From contig JAYWED010000018.1 of the NCBI GenBank assembly GCA_043779525.1, positions 20,867 through 84,866 of the forward strand: a stretch of DNA of 64,000 bases, read 5' to 3'. The position numbers were made by a program, and so were the translations under genes. The number at the start of each line of letters is the position of its first letter. Positions within the stretch are counted from its first letter, which is position 1. Under the pieces are notes generated by a model. The model saw only the letters and a list, made by a program, of their open reading frames with translations. It searched no databases and was not told where the DNA came from. Below are positions 20,413-30,531 of this stretch, piece by piece. The stretch is from Candidatus Eiseniibacteriota bacterium. Its GTDB lineage: Bacteria > Eisenbacteria > RBG-16-71-46 > SZUA-252.

Positions 20413-21032
20413 GCGTCCTCCAGATTCAGATGCGGCTTGAGTCGCTCCTTGAGCATCAACCGGGCGCGGTTGATCCGTGATCTCACGGTGCCGCCCGGGA
20501 TTCGGAGGATCTCTCCCACTTCTTCGTAGCTAAGCCCCTCGATGTCGCGAAGAACGACCGCTTCGCGGTATCGAGCGGGGATCTTCTCGAGCGCTTCCGC
20601 CACGCGCCGGCGGATCTCGCTCCTGTTCAGGTCTTCGTCGGGCAGCGGCCTCAGATCGGGGAACGGGAGCCCCTGCCCACCGGAATCCTCTTCCATCGCG
20701 TCCAGGCTGAACGTTCCTTTGTGCCGGACGCGGCTCCGGATCTCGTTCTTGGTCAGGTTGACCGCGATCGTGAAGATCCAGGTGGAGAACTTGCCGCTCT
20801 TCCGATAGCGCTCCCGGTTCCGGTAGACCCGGAGGAACACCTCCTGGCTGATCTCCTCGGCCCGGTCCCGGTCGTTGATGAACCGGCACACGAGATTCAT
20901 GATCCGCGAGCGGTAGCGCTGGACAAGCGCTCGGAAAGCCGTCTCGGAGCCCAGCGCACAACGCTCCATGACGTCTTCGTCCGTCAGCTCAGCAAGTTCG
21001 GGCTTTTTCACTAGGCGTAGCTCGCTAGGCAT
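20409..21032 (-). CDS. ECF (RpoE-like) RNA polymerase sigma factor
   Basis: 207 aa with sigma-70 region 2 (...FLRVYRNRERYR...STWIFTIAVNLTKNEIR) and region 4 (...VLRDIEGLSYEEVGEILRIPGGTVRSRINRARLMLKE). Confidence 0.8.
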   Translation of the reverse strand: MPSELRLVKKPELAELTDEDVMERCALGSETAFRALVQRYRSRIMNLVCRFINDRDRAEEISQEVFLRVYRNRERYRKSGKFSTWIFTIAVNLTKNEIRSRVRHKGTFSLDAMEEDSGGQGLPFPDLRPLPDEDLNRSEIRRRVAEALEKIPARYREAVVLRDIEGLSYEEVGEILRIPGGTVRSRINRARLMLKERLKPHLNLEDA

Positions 21033-21039
21033 TCACTCT

Positions 21040-21080
21040 CCGTGGTTAGGGGTACACCACGGGTGTTTGCCGGTTCCGAA
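21040..21080 (-). promoter_or_regulatory. Candidate ECF-type promoter (GGAAC -35 element) upstream of the ECF sigma gene
   Basis: Minus-strand reading ...tcGGAACCggcaaacacccgtggtGTacccc... about 40-60 nt upstream of the sigma ATG; GGAAC is the hallmark ECF -35 but the -10 is not a clean match. Confidence 0.25.
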
Positions 21081-21093
21081 ACGGGTTGGATTC

Positions 21094-22735
21094 TCAGGGC
21101 TTGGAGAAGAGGGTGAGCCCGGCCGGGCTCTGAGGAGCGTGTTTTCCGCGCCCCCGGGATTCCGCCGTCCTGGCCTCGCTGTCCAGCCGAAGGGCCCGGC
21201 ACACGCGGCCGAGCGTCAGCTCTGCATCGGATCCGACATCGGGACAGCGCACCGCTCGCCTCAGCAGCTCTCTCGCTAACTCCAGTTGCCCCATATTGTA
21301 ACGTATGGAGCCCAGCAGCGCCAGGGCCCTGCCGTTCGCAGGATCCAGCTCGATGGCCCGGCCCAGCCTCTGGAGCGCCCGGTCCACGACCCCCTGATTA
21401 AGGTCTGATGCCGCCAGGAAGTAAAGGCTCTCGGAATTCTCCCGGCCCAGGCTATTCAGCTTCTGGAAGGCCCACTCCGCGACCAGGCTGTCCCCTATCG
21501 AGGCCGCGGTCTGCCCCAGCTCGGCGTAGAGCATGGGGCTCTCCGACCCCCTCGAAGCGCCTTCGCGCATCAGGGAGACGGCCTCCTCGGGATGATGGAG
21601 GAGCATGTAGCAAAGGGCGCCGCCCAGGACACGGTGGGGGTTGGCGAACAGGCCGTCCCGGAGCTGCTCCAATGCCAGGACCCCGGCCTTCCGGTCCCCG
21701 ACCTTGATCTCGAGATACGCCACGACCAGCGACTCCTCCGCGGAGAGGGTGCGCAGCTCCAGCAATTTCCGGTAGCAGCGCAGCGCGGGCTTTTCGTCCG
21801 AGAGCCCCATCAGGGCGCGTGCCTTGACGGGTAGGGCACCGCGCGTGCCCGCGATCGGCTTCACCGCCTCGAGGGCCGCCCGATAGTCGCCGTCCCGGAC
21901 GAGCGATCGTCCGGCGTCGACGCGGGTGTCGATGGGATCGAAGCCGCGCCGCGCCATCGTCGCGAGGAAGGCTTCGGCCGCGGTCCGCCGACCTTCGCGG
22001 AACAGGTAGGAAGCGTACGCCGCCACCTGCTCGGGGAGCGCGTCCTTGGATTCCGCGCGGCGCCGGAGAAGCCTTTCCTCGAGTGCTAAGTCCCCCGTTC
22101 GGCGCGCCAGCTCGACACCCAGACCCAGCGTCCGAGGATCGTCCGCGGAGAGCGACAGCGCCAGATCCAGAGCCTCCGTGGCCTCCTCGAGGCGCCCATC
22201 CTCGAGCGCCATAGCCAAAACACCGGTCGCCACCCACCCGAAGTCCGGAAGCAACTCCCCTGTGCGTTTCAGATCCGCCAGCGATGCCTCGTAATTCCTG
22301 TCCAGCTCGTGAGCGAGGGCGCGGAGCGCGTAGAGCTCCGGGCGCGCCCCCAGGATGCGGAGCGGCGGGGTGAGCGCCTTGGCGGCGATCGAGGCTTCGC
22401 CCGCGCGAAGACGCATGCGCGCCACGAGCTGTGCCGCGTCCTGGTTCAAGCTGTCGAGCGAGAGGGAGCGGTCTCCGTATTCGAGCGCGCGCGCGTCGTC
22501 CCCCGAGGACTCCAGAAGCTGGGCGAGGCGGCCCGCGGCATAGCTCGATGCGGGATCCAGCGCCGAAAGCGCTTCGGCCCAGCGCTGCGCTTCCTCCATG
22601 TTGCCGTGCTCCAGGGCGACCGCGGAGCGGGACAGGAATTCCAGATTCAGGGGAACGATACGGGGAGCGAGGGTGTCCGCGGAGGAGGGTCCCGCCAGCG
22701 CGGCAAGGAAAAGCAGGGTAAGCACTCCCGCCACC
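21094..22735 (-). CDS. Secreted TPR-repeat protein
   Basis: From ATG about 22733-22735 (MVAGVLTLLFLAALAGPSSA signal peptide) followed by multiple TPR-like repeats; the upstream 133 codons of the 680-aa ORF are antisense to the rnc repeat region and judged not to be coding. Confidence 0.55.
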
Positions 22736-22867
22736 ATCCTTGAGGTAAGGGAAGGAGCCTGGGATCGTCTCACGCGCAGTCGTCTCCGCACCGGAAAAAG
22801 GAATGGAGGAAGACCCGGACGGGCCCTCCTCCCCCTGTCAAGACGACGCGTATGGATTATACCAGGC

Positions 22868-23938
22868 TTATGGCTCTGCCTGCAAGTGAGAGGCGGCCCA
22901 AGGCGACTTATCCCCTTCGGGCTCCACGCGTTCGCGTGGCTCCCGCGGCTCGCTCGGCTCGCGGTCCCTGGGCTCCCGCGGCTCGCGGTCCCTGGGCTCC
23001 CGCGGCCCACGTCCCTCGCGTTCCCTGGGGTTCCGGCCTCCACCGTCCTGCTGGGCCTGCCCCGGACCCTGGCTCCGAGGGCCGCCACCGCGCGTGCGGC
23101 GACCGCGGCCTCCCCTGCGCCGCCGGCGTCTGCCATCCTGCTGCTGCTCCCGGTCGCCGCGGACGATCTTCTCGAAATGGAGGAGCGCGTCGCGGGCGGC
23201 CTCCTGCTCCGCCTCTTTCTTGTTGCTACCGTGCCCGCGTCCCAGGACTTTCTGATTCACGACCACGTCGACGGTGAACACCTTCTCGTGGTCGGGACCG
23301 ATCTCGCTGGAAATGCGGTATTGAGGATGGGTCTTGAACTCCCCCTGCACGTACTCCTGAAGCATGGACTTGTAGTTCGCGAGGTTCGCGTCGCTCAGGA
23401 TTTCGTGCACCTGGCGCAGCAGAAGGCGCTCCGTCAGCCGCCGCGCGGGCTCGAGCCCGCCGTCTAAGTACACGGCTCCGATCACGCCTTCCAGCGTGTC
23501 GGCGAGGATGGACGCGCGATCGCGCCCGCCCGATCCCGTCTCGGCGTCGCTCAACAGGACGAAATCCCCGAGGCCCATTTCCTTCGCGGTGCGGGAGAGG
23601 ATGACGCGGCTCACGAGGAGCGACTTCATCTTCGTCAGCTCTCCTTCGCGAAGCGACGTGAATTTGCGGTACAGAAACTCGTTCACCACGAGCCCGACGA
23701 CCGAGTCTCCGAGGAACTCCATCCGCTCGTTGGACTCCCCACCCTCTTTCTGTTTTTCCGGGAGCGAATGGAGGTAGGAGCGGTGGGTCAGCGCCTGTCG
23801 CGCCAGCTCGGTGTCCTTGAACTTGTAATGCAAGATCGCTTCGAATCCGCGTAGATCGAAATCCCGCGACATGGCGGCCTGCTTCGGCCGCGGCGCGGGC
23901 GCTTTGTCCAGTCCGAACAACTTTCTCAATAGGTTCAC
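22868..23938 (-). CDS. rnc: Ribonuclease III with about 110-aa Arg/Glu/Pro-rich C-terminal extension
   Basis: RNase III signature ERLEFLGDSVVGLVV, dsRBD (...HPQYRISSEIGPDHEKVFTVDVVVNQKVLGRGHGSNKKEAEQEAARDAL...), then RRRRRRGGRGRRTRGGGPRS...PREPRDREPREPRDREPSEPREPRER tail in-frame. Directly downstream of fabF, the usual position. Confidence 0.85.
   Translation of the reverse strand: MNLLRKLFGLDKAPAPRPKQAAMSRDFDLRGFEAILHYKFKDTELARQALTHRSYLHSLPEKQKEGGESNERMEFLGDSVVGLVVNEFLYRKFTSLREGELTKMKSLLVSRVILSRTAKEMGLGDFVLLSDAETGSGGRDRASILADTLEGVIGAVYLDGGLEPARRLTERLLLRQVHEILSDANLANYKSMLQEYVQGEFKTHPQYRISSEIGPDHEKVFTVDVVVNQKVLGRGHGSNKKEAEQEAARDALLHFEKIVRGDREQQQDGRRRRRRGGRGRRTRGGGPRSQGPGQAQQDGGGRNPREREGRGPREPRDREPREPRDREPSEPREPRERVEPEGDKSPWAASHLQAEP
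22957..23028. repeat. Tandem 24-nt repeat (gctcgcggtccctgggctcccgcg, 2 exact + 1 degenerate copy) encoding the PREPRDRE repeats of the RNase III tail
   Basis: Direct reading of 22957-22980, 22981-23004 and degenerate 23005-23028. Confidence 0.7.
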
Positions 23939-23940
23939 GT

Positions 23941-25227
23941 TTATCGGGATCCCTGAGGACCCTCCTTGGCCATCGGTCTCGATAACGCCAGGGTGACGTT
24001 GTGCCCGCCAAAGCCCAGTGAGTTGGAAAGGGCCGCCCGCGCTTCGACCTGTCGCGCGGTGTTGGGGACGTAATCGAGATCGCAGTCGGGATCGGGATGC
24101 TCGTAGTTGATGGTCGGGGGTAGAACCTGCCGCTCGAGCGCGAGGACGCAGATGATGGTCTCCAGTCCTCCGGCGGCTCCGAGCAGGTGCCCCGTCATCG
24201 ATTTGGTCGAGCTGACGGCCACGCGTGGCGCATGATCGCCGAATACCGACTTGATGGCTTGAGTTTCGAATTTGTCGTTGAGTGGTGTGGAAGTGCCGTG
24301 GGCGTTCACGTATCCGAACTCGCTCAAAGGCAATCCGGAATCGTTGATGGCCGCCCGCATGGCCCGCGCTGCGCCCTCACCCTCGGGGGCAGGAGCGGTC
24401 ATATGATGGGCATCTCCCGTGGCTCCGTAACCGACGATCTCGGCCAGAATCGCGGCACCGCGCTTCTTCGCGTGCTCGAGTTCCTCCAGAATCACGATCC
24501 CCGCGCCCTCCCCCATCACGAAACCGTCGCGCTGGGAGTCGAAGGGGCGGGAGGCTCGGGTCGGGTCGTCGTTCCGGGTGGACATCGCCTTCATGGAGCA
24601 GAATCCGGCGAAGGAAACCGGGGTCACCGGCGCCTCGGCGCCGCCCGCGATCATGACTTCCGCTTCGGAGTTCTGGATGATCCGGAACGCCTCACCCACC
24701 GCATGCGCTCCCGAGGAGCACGCCGACACGGTGCAGTAGTTGGGCCCCTTGGCGCCGAACTGGATCGACACCTGGCCCGAGGCCATGTCCGAGATCATCA
24801 TGGGAATGAAAAACGGGCTGACGCGGTTCGGGCCCTTTTCGAGAAGGATGCGATGCTGTTCCTCGAACGTGGAGATCCCTCCGATGCCCGAGCCCACGAT
24901 CACGCCGAATCGAGTCGGATCCACGGCGCCGTCTTTCACCCCGGCCTGCGCCAGCGCCTGGGTGGCGGCGGCCACCGCGAATTGCACGAAGAGATCCGTG
25001 CGGCGGACGTCCTTCCGGTCCATGTACTCTTCCGGTTTGAACCCGCGCACCTCGCCGGCGAACCGCGTGTCGTACGCGGTGGTGTCGAAGCGCGTCACCG
25101 GACCGATGCCGGACTCGCCCGCGATCAACCGTTTCCAGAATTCCTCGACGGTGTTTCCGAGAGGGCAAATCACGCCCTGCCCGGTCACGACCACCCGGCG
25201 AGGACTCCCATTTCTCCGATACGTCAC
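23941..25227 (-). CDS. fabF: 3-oxoacyl-ACP synthase II
   Basis: 428 aa; ...VSTACSSGAHA... active-site Cys region (CTVSACSSGAHAVGEA), HGTSTPLND and GHLLGAAG motifs. Confidence 0.9.
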   Translation of the reverse strand: MTYRRNGSPRRVVVTGQGVICPLGNTVEEFWKRLIAGESGIGPVTRFDTTAYDTRFAGEVRGFKPEEYMDRKDVRRTDLFVQFAVAAATQALAQAGVKDGAVDPTRFGVIVGSGIGGISTFEEQHRILLEKGPNRVSPFFIPMMISDMASGQVSIQFGAKGPNYCTVSACSSGAHAVGEAFRIIQNSEAEVMIAGGAEAPVTPVSFAGFCSMKAMSTRNDDPTRASRPFDSQRDGFVMGEGAGIVILEELEHAKKRGAAILAEIVGYGATGDAHHMTAPAPEGEGAARAMRAAINDSGLPLSEFGYVNAHGTSTPLNDKFETQAIKSVFGDHAPRVAVSSTKSMTGHLLGAAGGLETIICVLALERQVLPPTINYEHPDPDCDLDYVPNTARQVEARAALSNSLGFGGHNVTLALSRPMAKEGPQGSR

Positions 25228-25295
25228 GAACGTTTTCTCGATTTCTTCGCCCAGCTCCCATCCGCGCGGGACGAAGCGTCCGGCGCGGCGCCGAA

Positions 25296-25544
25296 TCAGG
25301 CGTTCTTCGGCACGTGTGATTCCAGGTACTTGATGGCGTCCGCCACCGTGGTCATCTTCTCGGCATCCTCGTCCGGAATTTCGATGTCGAATTCCTCCTC
25401 GAGGGCCATCACGAGCTCCACGGTGTCGAGCGAGTCCGCTCCGAGATCATCGATGAACGAAGCTTCCGCCGTGACCTGCTCGGGCGCTACGCCCAGCTGA
25501 TCCACGATGATCTGCTTGACCCGATCCTCACTGAATGAGGCCAT
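25296..25544 (-). CDS. acpP: Acyl carrier protein
   Basis: ...[29 protein letters not shown]... with phosphopantetheine Ser in DSLD; start probably [11 protein letters not shown]... Confidence 0.85.
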   Translation of the reverse strand: MASFSEDRVKQIIVDQLGVAPEQVTAEASFIDDLGADSLDTVELVMALEEEFDIEIPDEDAEKMTTVADAIKYLESHVPKNA

Positions 25545-25592
25545 TCGCTGCTTCACCTCCCCTTGCGGATTCCCGTCGGGAATCCGACCGAT

Positions 25593-26345
25593 TCACATCC
25601 GCATACCGCCGTCGACGGACAGCACCTGGCCGGTCACGTATCCCGCTTCCTCGGAGCACAGGAACGCCACCGCGTGAGCGACGTCTTCCGGAGACCCCAA
25701 GCGTCCGAGCGGGATCTGCGCCCTCAGTGTCTCGCGCACCTTCTCGTTCAAGGCGGACGTCATCGCCGTTTCGATGAAGCCCGGAGCGACCGCATTCACG
25801 GTAATATGGCGCGACGCCAGTTCCTTCGCAACGGCCTTCGTCAGCCCCACGAGTCCCGCCTTGGAGGCGACGTAATTGGCCTGCCCGGGATTTCCAATCA
25901 GCCCGACCACGGAGGAGACGTTCACGATCCTCCCCCAGCGCTGTTTCATCATAGGCCGGGTGAACGCCCGGATGCAGAGAAAGCTTCCCTTGAGATTCGT
26001 GTCCAGCACCTGATCCCACTCTTCCTCGCTCATCCGCATGACCAGATTGTCGCGGGTGACCCCGGCGTTGTTGACCAGGATGTCCGCCCGGCCGAAGGCC
26101 TCGAGCGTCCTTGCGCAGAGCCGGTCCGCGTCCTCCGGCTTGGAGACGTCCGCCTCCATCGAGACCGCTTCGGTCCCGCCCTGGGCCAGGATCTCGGCGC
26201 ACGCCGTGTCGAGGGCGGCCCGGTCGCGCCCCGAGAGCACGACCCTCGCCCCGCCTCGCGCGAGCTTTTCGGCGATGGCGCGGCCGATGCCCTTCCCTCC
26301 GCCGGTGACCACCGCCACGCGGTCCTTGAAGCCGCCTCCCGTCAC
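25593..26345 (-). CDS. fabG: 3-oxoacyl-ACP reductase
   Basis: 250 aa SDR: VAVVTGGGKGIGRAIA...; NNAG; catalytic YVASKAG. Confidence 0.9.
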   Translation of the reverse strand: MTGGGFKDRVAVVTGGGKGIGRAIAEKLARGGARVVLSGRDRAALDTACAEILAQGGTEAVSMEADVSKPEDADRLCARTLEAFGRADILVNNAGVTRDNLVMRMSEEEWDQVLDTNLKGSFLCIRAFTRPMMKQRWGRIVNVSSVVGLIGNPGQANYVASKAGLVGLTKAVAKELASRHITVNAVAPGFIETAMTSALNEKVRETLRAQIPLGRLGSPEDVAHAVAFLCSEEAGYVTGQVLSVDGGMRM

Positions 26346-27290
26346 GCGGCGACTTCCTCGATCGCAAGCACGGTGGCTTCGACGGAATCCGGATCCTCGC
26401 TCCCGAAGAGGGACGCTTTGCGGTCCACGCTCTTCACGAGGCCGCGGAGCACCCCCCCCTGCCCGACCTCGACGAAACGGCGCACACCTCCCGCAAGAAG
26501 CCCGCGCACCGTCTGCTCCCAGAGCACGGGCGAGAGGAGCTGTTCTCTCAGAGTGACGCGGATCTCGTCGGGTGATTGCGCCGGAAGCGCCGTGGCATTC
26601 GCGTAGATCGGAAACCGCGCGGGACGTATCTCCACCCGCTCCAGCGCCTCGGCCAGCCCGCGCGCGGCGCTCTCCATGAGCGGCGAGTGGAACGCGGCGC
26701 TCACTTGTAACGGCACCACCTTCTTCGCGCCCGCCTTCTTCGCCTCCGCCGTCGCGCGCTCGAGCGCCTCGGGCGTTCCCGAGAGCACGACCTGTCCCGG
26801 AGAGTTGAAATTCGCCGCCGCGAGATCGCGCGGGGCGGATACCGCCTTAAGCACCCTCTCGATCGCGGCCGCATCGAGCCCCAGCACGGCAGCCATGGAT
26901 CCGGGCCGCTCCCTGCCGGCGGCGGCCATCAGCTCACCCCGTCTCCGGATGAGCTTCAGTCCGTCCTCGAACGAGAGCGATCCCGCGGCCACGTGGGCCG
27001 CGAACTCTCCGGCGCTGTGTCCCGCGCCCGCCGAGGGATGCACGCCGCGGCGCTCGAGCACTCGCGCGGCGGCCACGCTCGTGACGAGGAGGGCCGGCTG
27101 CGTGTTCTCGGTGCGCGTCAGATCCTCGATCGGGCCTTCGAAGCAGAGACGGGACAGAGAGAATCCCAGCACCTGGTCCGCGCGCTCGAACACCTCGCGC
27201 GCCTCGGGGTAGCGCTCCGCGAGGGATCGGCCCATGCCCACTGCCTGAGATCCCTGTCCCGGAAAGAGGAACGCGACGAGGCTCACCAGC
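26342..27290 (-). CDS. fabD: Malonyl-CoA:ACP transacylase
   Basis: C-terminal about 315 aa of the 608-aa composite ORF: VAFLFPGQGSQAVGM...AGHSAGEFAAHVAAG (GHSxG active site); the start codon is probably the GTG of the preceding Val. The upstream part of the composite ORF is out-of-frame fabH. Confidence 0.85.
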
Positions 27291-28274
27291 GCACCACCGC
27301 GGCCGCCCAGGTGAACCCGCCGCCGAACGTGACCATCTCGAGCAGGTCGCCCGGCTTCAGGCGGCCCTGCCGCTTGGCTTCGTCGAGAGCGAGCGGGATG
27401 GACGCCGAGGACGTGTTGCCGTAGCGGTCGAGATTCACGAACACCTTTTCCATCGGGAGCCCCAGCCGCCGCGCCGTCGCGTCGATGATGCGGTAGTTCG
27501 CCTGGTGCGGAATCAGGAGGTCCAGCTCCTCGGGCCTTAGCCCCGCGGCCTCGAGCGCCTCGCATGCGACCGACTCCATGGCCCGCACGGCGTACTTGAA
27601 CACGTCGTTTCCGCTCATGCGGATGTAGTGGAGCCTCTTGTCCACCGTCTCGTGAGACGAGGGATTGAGGGAGCCGCCGCCCGGCATCTCGAGCAGATGG
27701 GTGAGCGAGCCGTCGCTGTGGAGCCGCGTCGCGAGGATGCCGCCGGGCTCTCCCGTGGAGCGCAGCACCACCGCGCCCGCGGCGTCGCCGAAGAGGACGC
27801 ACGTGTTGCGATCCGTCCAGTCGGTGATCTTGGAGAGCGTCTCGACGCCCACCACCAGCACCGTGTTCGCCACTCCGGCCGCGACCTGCGTGCGCCCGAT
27901 CGAGAGCGCGTAGAGAAATCCCGAGCACGCGGCGGAGATATCGAAGGCGTGGGCGGAGACGGCGCCGAGCTTGTCTTGCAAGAGGCAAGCCGTCGAGGGA
28001 AAGGGCCGGTCTCCGGTCACCGTTCCCACGATGATCTGGTCGATCTCCTTCCCCTCGATGCCGGCGTCGATCAGCGCGCGCCGGGCCGCCTGGGTGGCGA
28101 GCGCCGAGGAGGGCATGTCGGGACCCGCGATCCGCCGCTCCTTGATACCGGTGCGCGACGTGATCCACTCGTCCGAGGTGTCCACGATCTTCTCGAGATC
28201 CTGGTTCGTGAGCACCCGGTCGGGCGTGTAGGAGCCGACGCCGATGATATGGACGTCACGGGCGGTCGCGATCA
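27283..28274 (-). CDS. fabH: 3-oxoacyl-ACP synthase III
   Basis: ...HIIGVGSYTPDRVLTNQDLEKIVDTSDEWITSRTGIKERRIA...CSGFLYAL...; probable GTG start (V of VIATARDVHIIG) preceded by AAGGGAG RBS, about 24 nt after the plsX stop. Confidence 0.8.
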
Positions 28275-28297
28275 CGGCCGCTCCCTTGATCCAGCCT

Positions 28298-29329
28298 TCA
28301 TGCCGCCTCCGGCGCGAGCCTTTGGAGATCTTCGCGTATGAAATCCGCCACGTGCGCATCGGCGCAGCGCGCGGCCGCGCGGATGGCGTTCTTGATCGCG
28401 CGGGCGTTGCTGCGCCCGTGCGCGATGATGCAGTTCCCGTCCACGCCCAGGAGCGGCGCGCCGCCCACCTCCGCGTAGTCCATGCGGCGCTTGAGCCGGC
28501 GGAACGCGGGCTTCAAGAGCAGTCCCGCGAGCATGCTCAAGGGATCCGCCCGGATCTCGTCCCGGATCATGTTCCCCACGCTGGGGATCACGCTCTCCGC
28601 GAACTTGAGGAGCACGTTCCCCACGAACCCGTCGCACACGACGACGTCGGCCGTTCCCAGGATGATGTCACGTCCCTCCACGTTCCCGACGAAGTGGACC
28701 GGGCTTTGTTTCAAGAGCTGGTGCGCTTCGTAGTACAGCTCGCTTCCCTTCTCCGCCTCCTCGCCGATGTTCAGGAGCCCGACGCGCGGCCGCTCGACGT
28801 GGAGCACGAGCCTCGCATAGATGCTCCCCATCATCGCAAACTGGTGGAGGTGGTACGGCTTGCAGTCCGAGGTGGCGCCGACGTCCAGGATGACGACGTT
28901 GCCCTGCGGGGTTGGGAGCACCGTGGCGATCGCGGGACGTTGCACCGACTCGATGCGCCCCAGGCCGAAGAGAGCCGCCGCCACCACCGCGCCGGTATTG
29001 CCGGCCGACACCATGGCGTCGGTGTGGCGCTCCTTCTCCAGCCGCGCCGCGATGTTGATCGAGGAGTCCTTCTTCTTGCGAACCGAGGTAGCGGCCGACT
29101 CGCCCATCTCGACCCGCTCGGATGCGTGGATGATGGAGGGGAGCGACGAAGTCAGATGGAGACGGGAGGCCTCCTCGCGGATGAGCGCCTCGTCGCCGAT
29201 GAGCACGACGTCGAATGCGCCCGCCGACTCGCGGGTCGCTTCGATGGCGCCCTGTATGACTACGCCCGGAGCCAGATCGCCACCCATGGCGTCCACCCCG
29301 ATGACCGGCCGTCCGGCTTTGTCGCTCAC
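28298..29329 (-). CDS. plsX: Phosphate:acyl-ACP acyltransferase
   Basis: 343 aa; MSDKAGRPVIGVDAMGGDLAPGVVIQGAIEA... canonical PlsX N-terminus; conserved position between rpmF and fabH. Confidence 0.85.
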   Translation of the reverse strand: MSDKAGRPVIGVDAMGGDLAPGVVIQGAIEATRESAGAFDVVLIGDEALIREEASRLHLTSSLPSIIHASERVEMGESAATSVRKKKDSSINIAARLEKERHTDAMVSAGNTGAVVAAALFGLGRIESVQRPAIATVLPTPQGNVVILDVGATSDCKPYHLHQFAMMGSIYARLVLHVERPRVGLLNIGEEAEKGSELYYEAHQLLKQSPVHFVGNVEGRDIILGTADVVVCDGFVGNVLLKFAESVIPSVGNMIRDEIRADPLSMLAGLLLKPAFRRLKRRMDYAEVGGAPLLGVDGNCIIAHGRSNARAIKNAIRAAARCADAHVADFIREDLQRLAPEAA

Positions 29330-29351
29330 CTTGGCCCCGTGCCCGCCGCCC

Positions 29352-29543
29352 CTACGTATTCTTGGACGCCTCCTGCGAGATCACCTCTTCGCCTCCGTAG
29401 TAGCCGCAGTGGCCGCACACGCGGTGCGGCAGCTTCGGCTGGCTGCAGTGAGGGCAGAGTGACCTGGAGGGCATCGAGAGCTTCCAGTGCGTGCGGCGTT
29501 TCTTGCCGCGGGTGCTCGAGTGTCTTCTCTTGGGTACAGCCAT
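29352..29543 (-). CDS. rpmF: 50S ribosomal protein L32
   Basis: 63 aa [22 protein letters not shown]... with CxxC...CxxC zinc ribbon. Confidence 0.85.
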   Translation of the reverse strand: MAVPKRRHSSTRGKKRRTHWKLSMPSRSLCPHCSQPKLPHRVCGHCGYYGGEEVISQEASKNT

Positions 29544-29604
29544 CGTTCCTCATTCCCTTCGCTGGTGTTCTGAGCCGGCGTGAGTCTATGGCGACCCGCC
29601 TCGC

Positions 29605-30087
29605 TCAGCCCGTGACCGCGCCGACGCAGCGGCACGATCCGAGGTTTCGATCTTCGCCGCATCGCGGGCAAAGTCCCGCGCATGACTCACGGCAAAGTGG
29701 CCTCATGGGGAGGCCTAGCAGCACCGCCTCCCGTATCTCGCTGTCGATGGAGAGCACGCGGCCGTCGTGGAAATGGACCCCCCCGTCTTCTTCGTCCAGG
29801 GCCTTGGGGCTCATCGTGCGGGCAGCAGGCAACTTAGCACAGAAAACCTCGAACTCCAATTCGAGAATCTGCGAGAAATCGACCAGACAGCGGCTACATT
29901 GTTGCAGCGCAATCGCATGGATGGCCCCGCGGATCCAGATCTCTTCCCCGCGGCGGTCCAGGCTGAGCCCGATGGTGATAGGCCCTTCCAGCACCACGTC
30001 CTTGGCCTGGATCCCGACCGCGCCGGCCGGGACCGTAAGCTCGAGGCGGGTTTGGCCCTCGTCGATCTCATGAAGTTTGAGTTCCAT
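29605..30087 (-). CDS. yceD: YceD/DUF177 family protein (large-subunit rRNA accumulation protein)
   Basis: 160 aa; Cys pairs (QQCSRCL ... CPRCGE); conserved location upstream of rpmF-plsX. Confidence 0.7.
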   Translation of the reverse strand: MELKLHEIDEGQTRLELTVPAGAVGIQAKDVVLEGPITIGLSLDRRGEEIWIRGAIHAIALQQCSRCLVDFSQILELEFEVFCAKLPAARTMSPKALDEEDGGVHFHDGRVLSIDSEIREAVLLGLPMRPLCRESCAGLCPRCGEDRNLGSCRCVGAVTG

Positions 30088-30101
30088 GGCTCTTCTTTAG
30101 A

Positions 30102-30518
30102 CTAGCGACGGGCCGAACCGTCTCCGAAGAAGAATTCGATCTCGGCGCGGGCCGACTCCGGCGAGTCGGATGCGTGGACCGCGTTCCGCCCCTTGCTCTC
30201 GGCGTGGAGGGCCCGGATCGTGCCCGGCTTGGCCTCCTTGGGGTCCGTGGCGCCGATCAGCTCGCGGAGCTTAAGGACGGCCTGGTCGCGCCGGAGCCGG
30301 ACCGGGACCGCGGGACCCGAGGACATGAACAAGACCAGCTCCTCGAGGAAGGGCTTCCCCTCGTGCACCGCGTAGAACAGCCGGGCCTCTGCCGGGGTCA
30401 GGCGCACCAGGCGCAGGTCCAGGACCTCGAATCCGGCCCGCTCCGCCTCGGAGAGAATGGCTCCGATCTTGTGGGCCTGGACGGCATCCGGCTTGATCAT
30501 GAACAGGGTCTCATCCAC
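30102..30518 (-). CDS. ndk: Nucleoside diphosphate kinase
   Basis: ...ETLFMIKPDAV...NAVHASDSPESA... (active-site His in NAVHAS). Confidence 0.85.
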   Translation of the reverse strand: MDETLFMIKPDAVQAHKIGAILSEAERAGFEVLDLRLVRLTPAEARLFYAVHEGKPFLEELVLFMSSGPAVPVRLRRDQAVLKLRELIGATDPKEAKPGTIRALHAESKGRNAVHASDSPESARAEIEFFFGDGSARR

Positions 30519-30531
30519 GTGGAGGTTTCCT

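Noticed and set aside
18556-20529. 657-aa plus-strand ORF
   Set aside because: Antisense to the HtrA and anti-sigma genes; Arg/Gly/Asp-rich low-information sequence.
26342-28168. 608-aa ORF and 27283..28359 ORF N-terminal extension
   Set aside because: Fusion of fabD with an out-of-frame reading of fabH; real genes are fabD 26342-27290 and fabH 27283-28274.
28244-30073. 609-aa plus-strand ORF
   Set aside because: Antisense to plsX/rpmF/yceD; no motifs.
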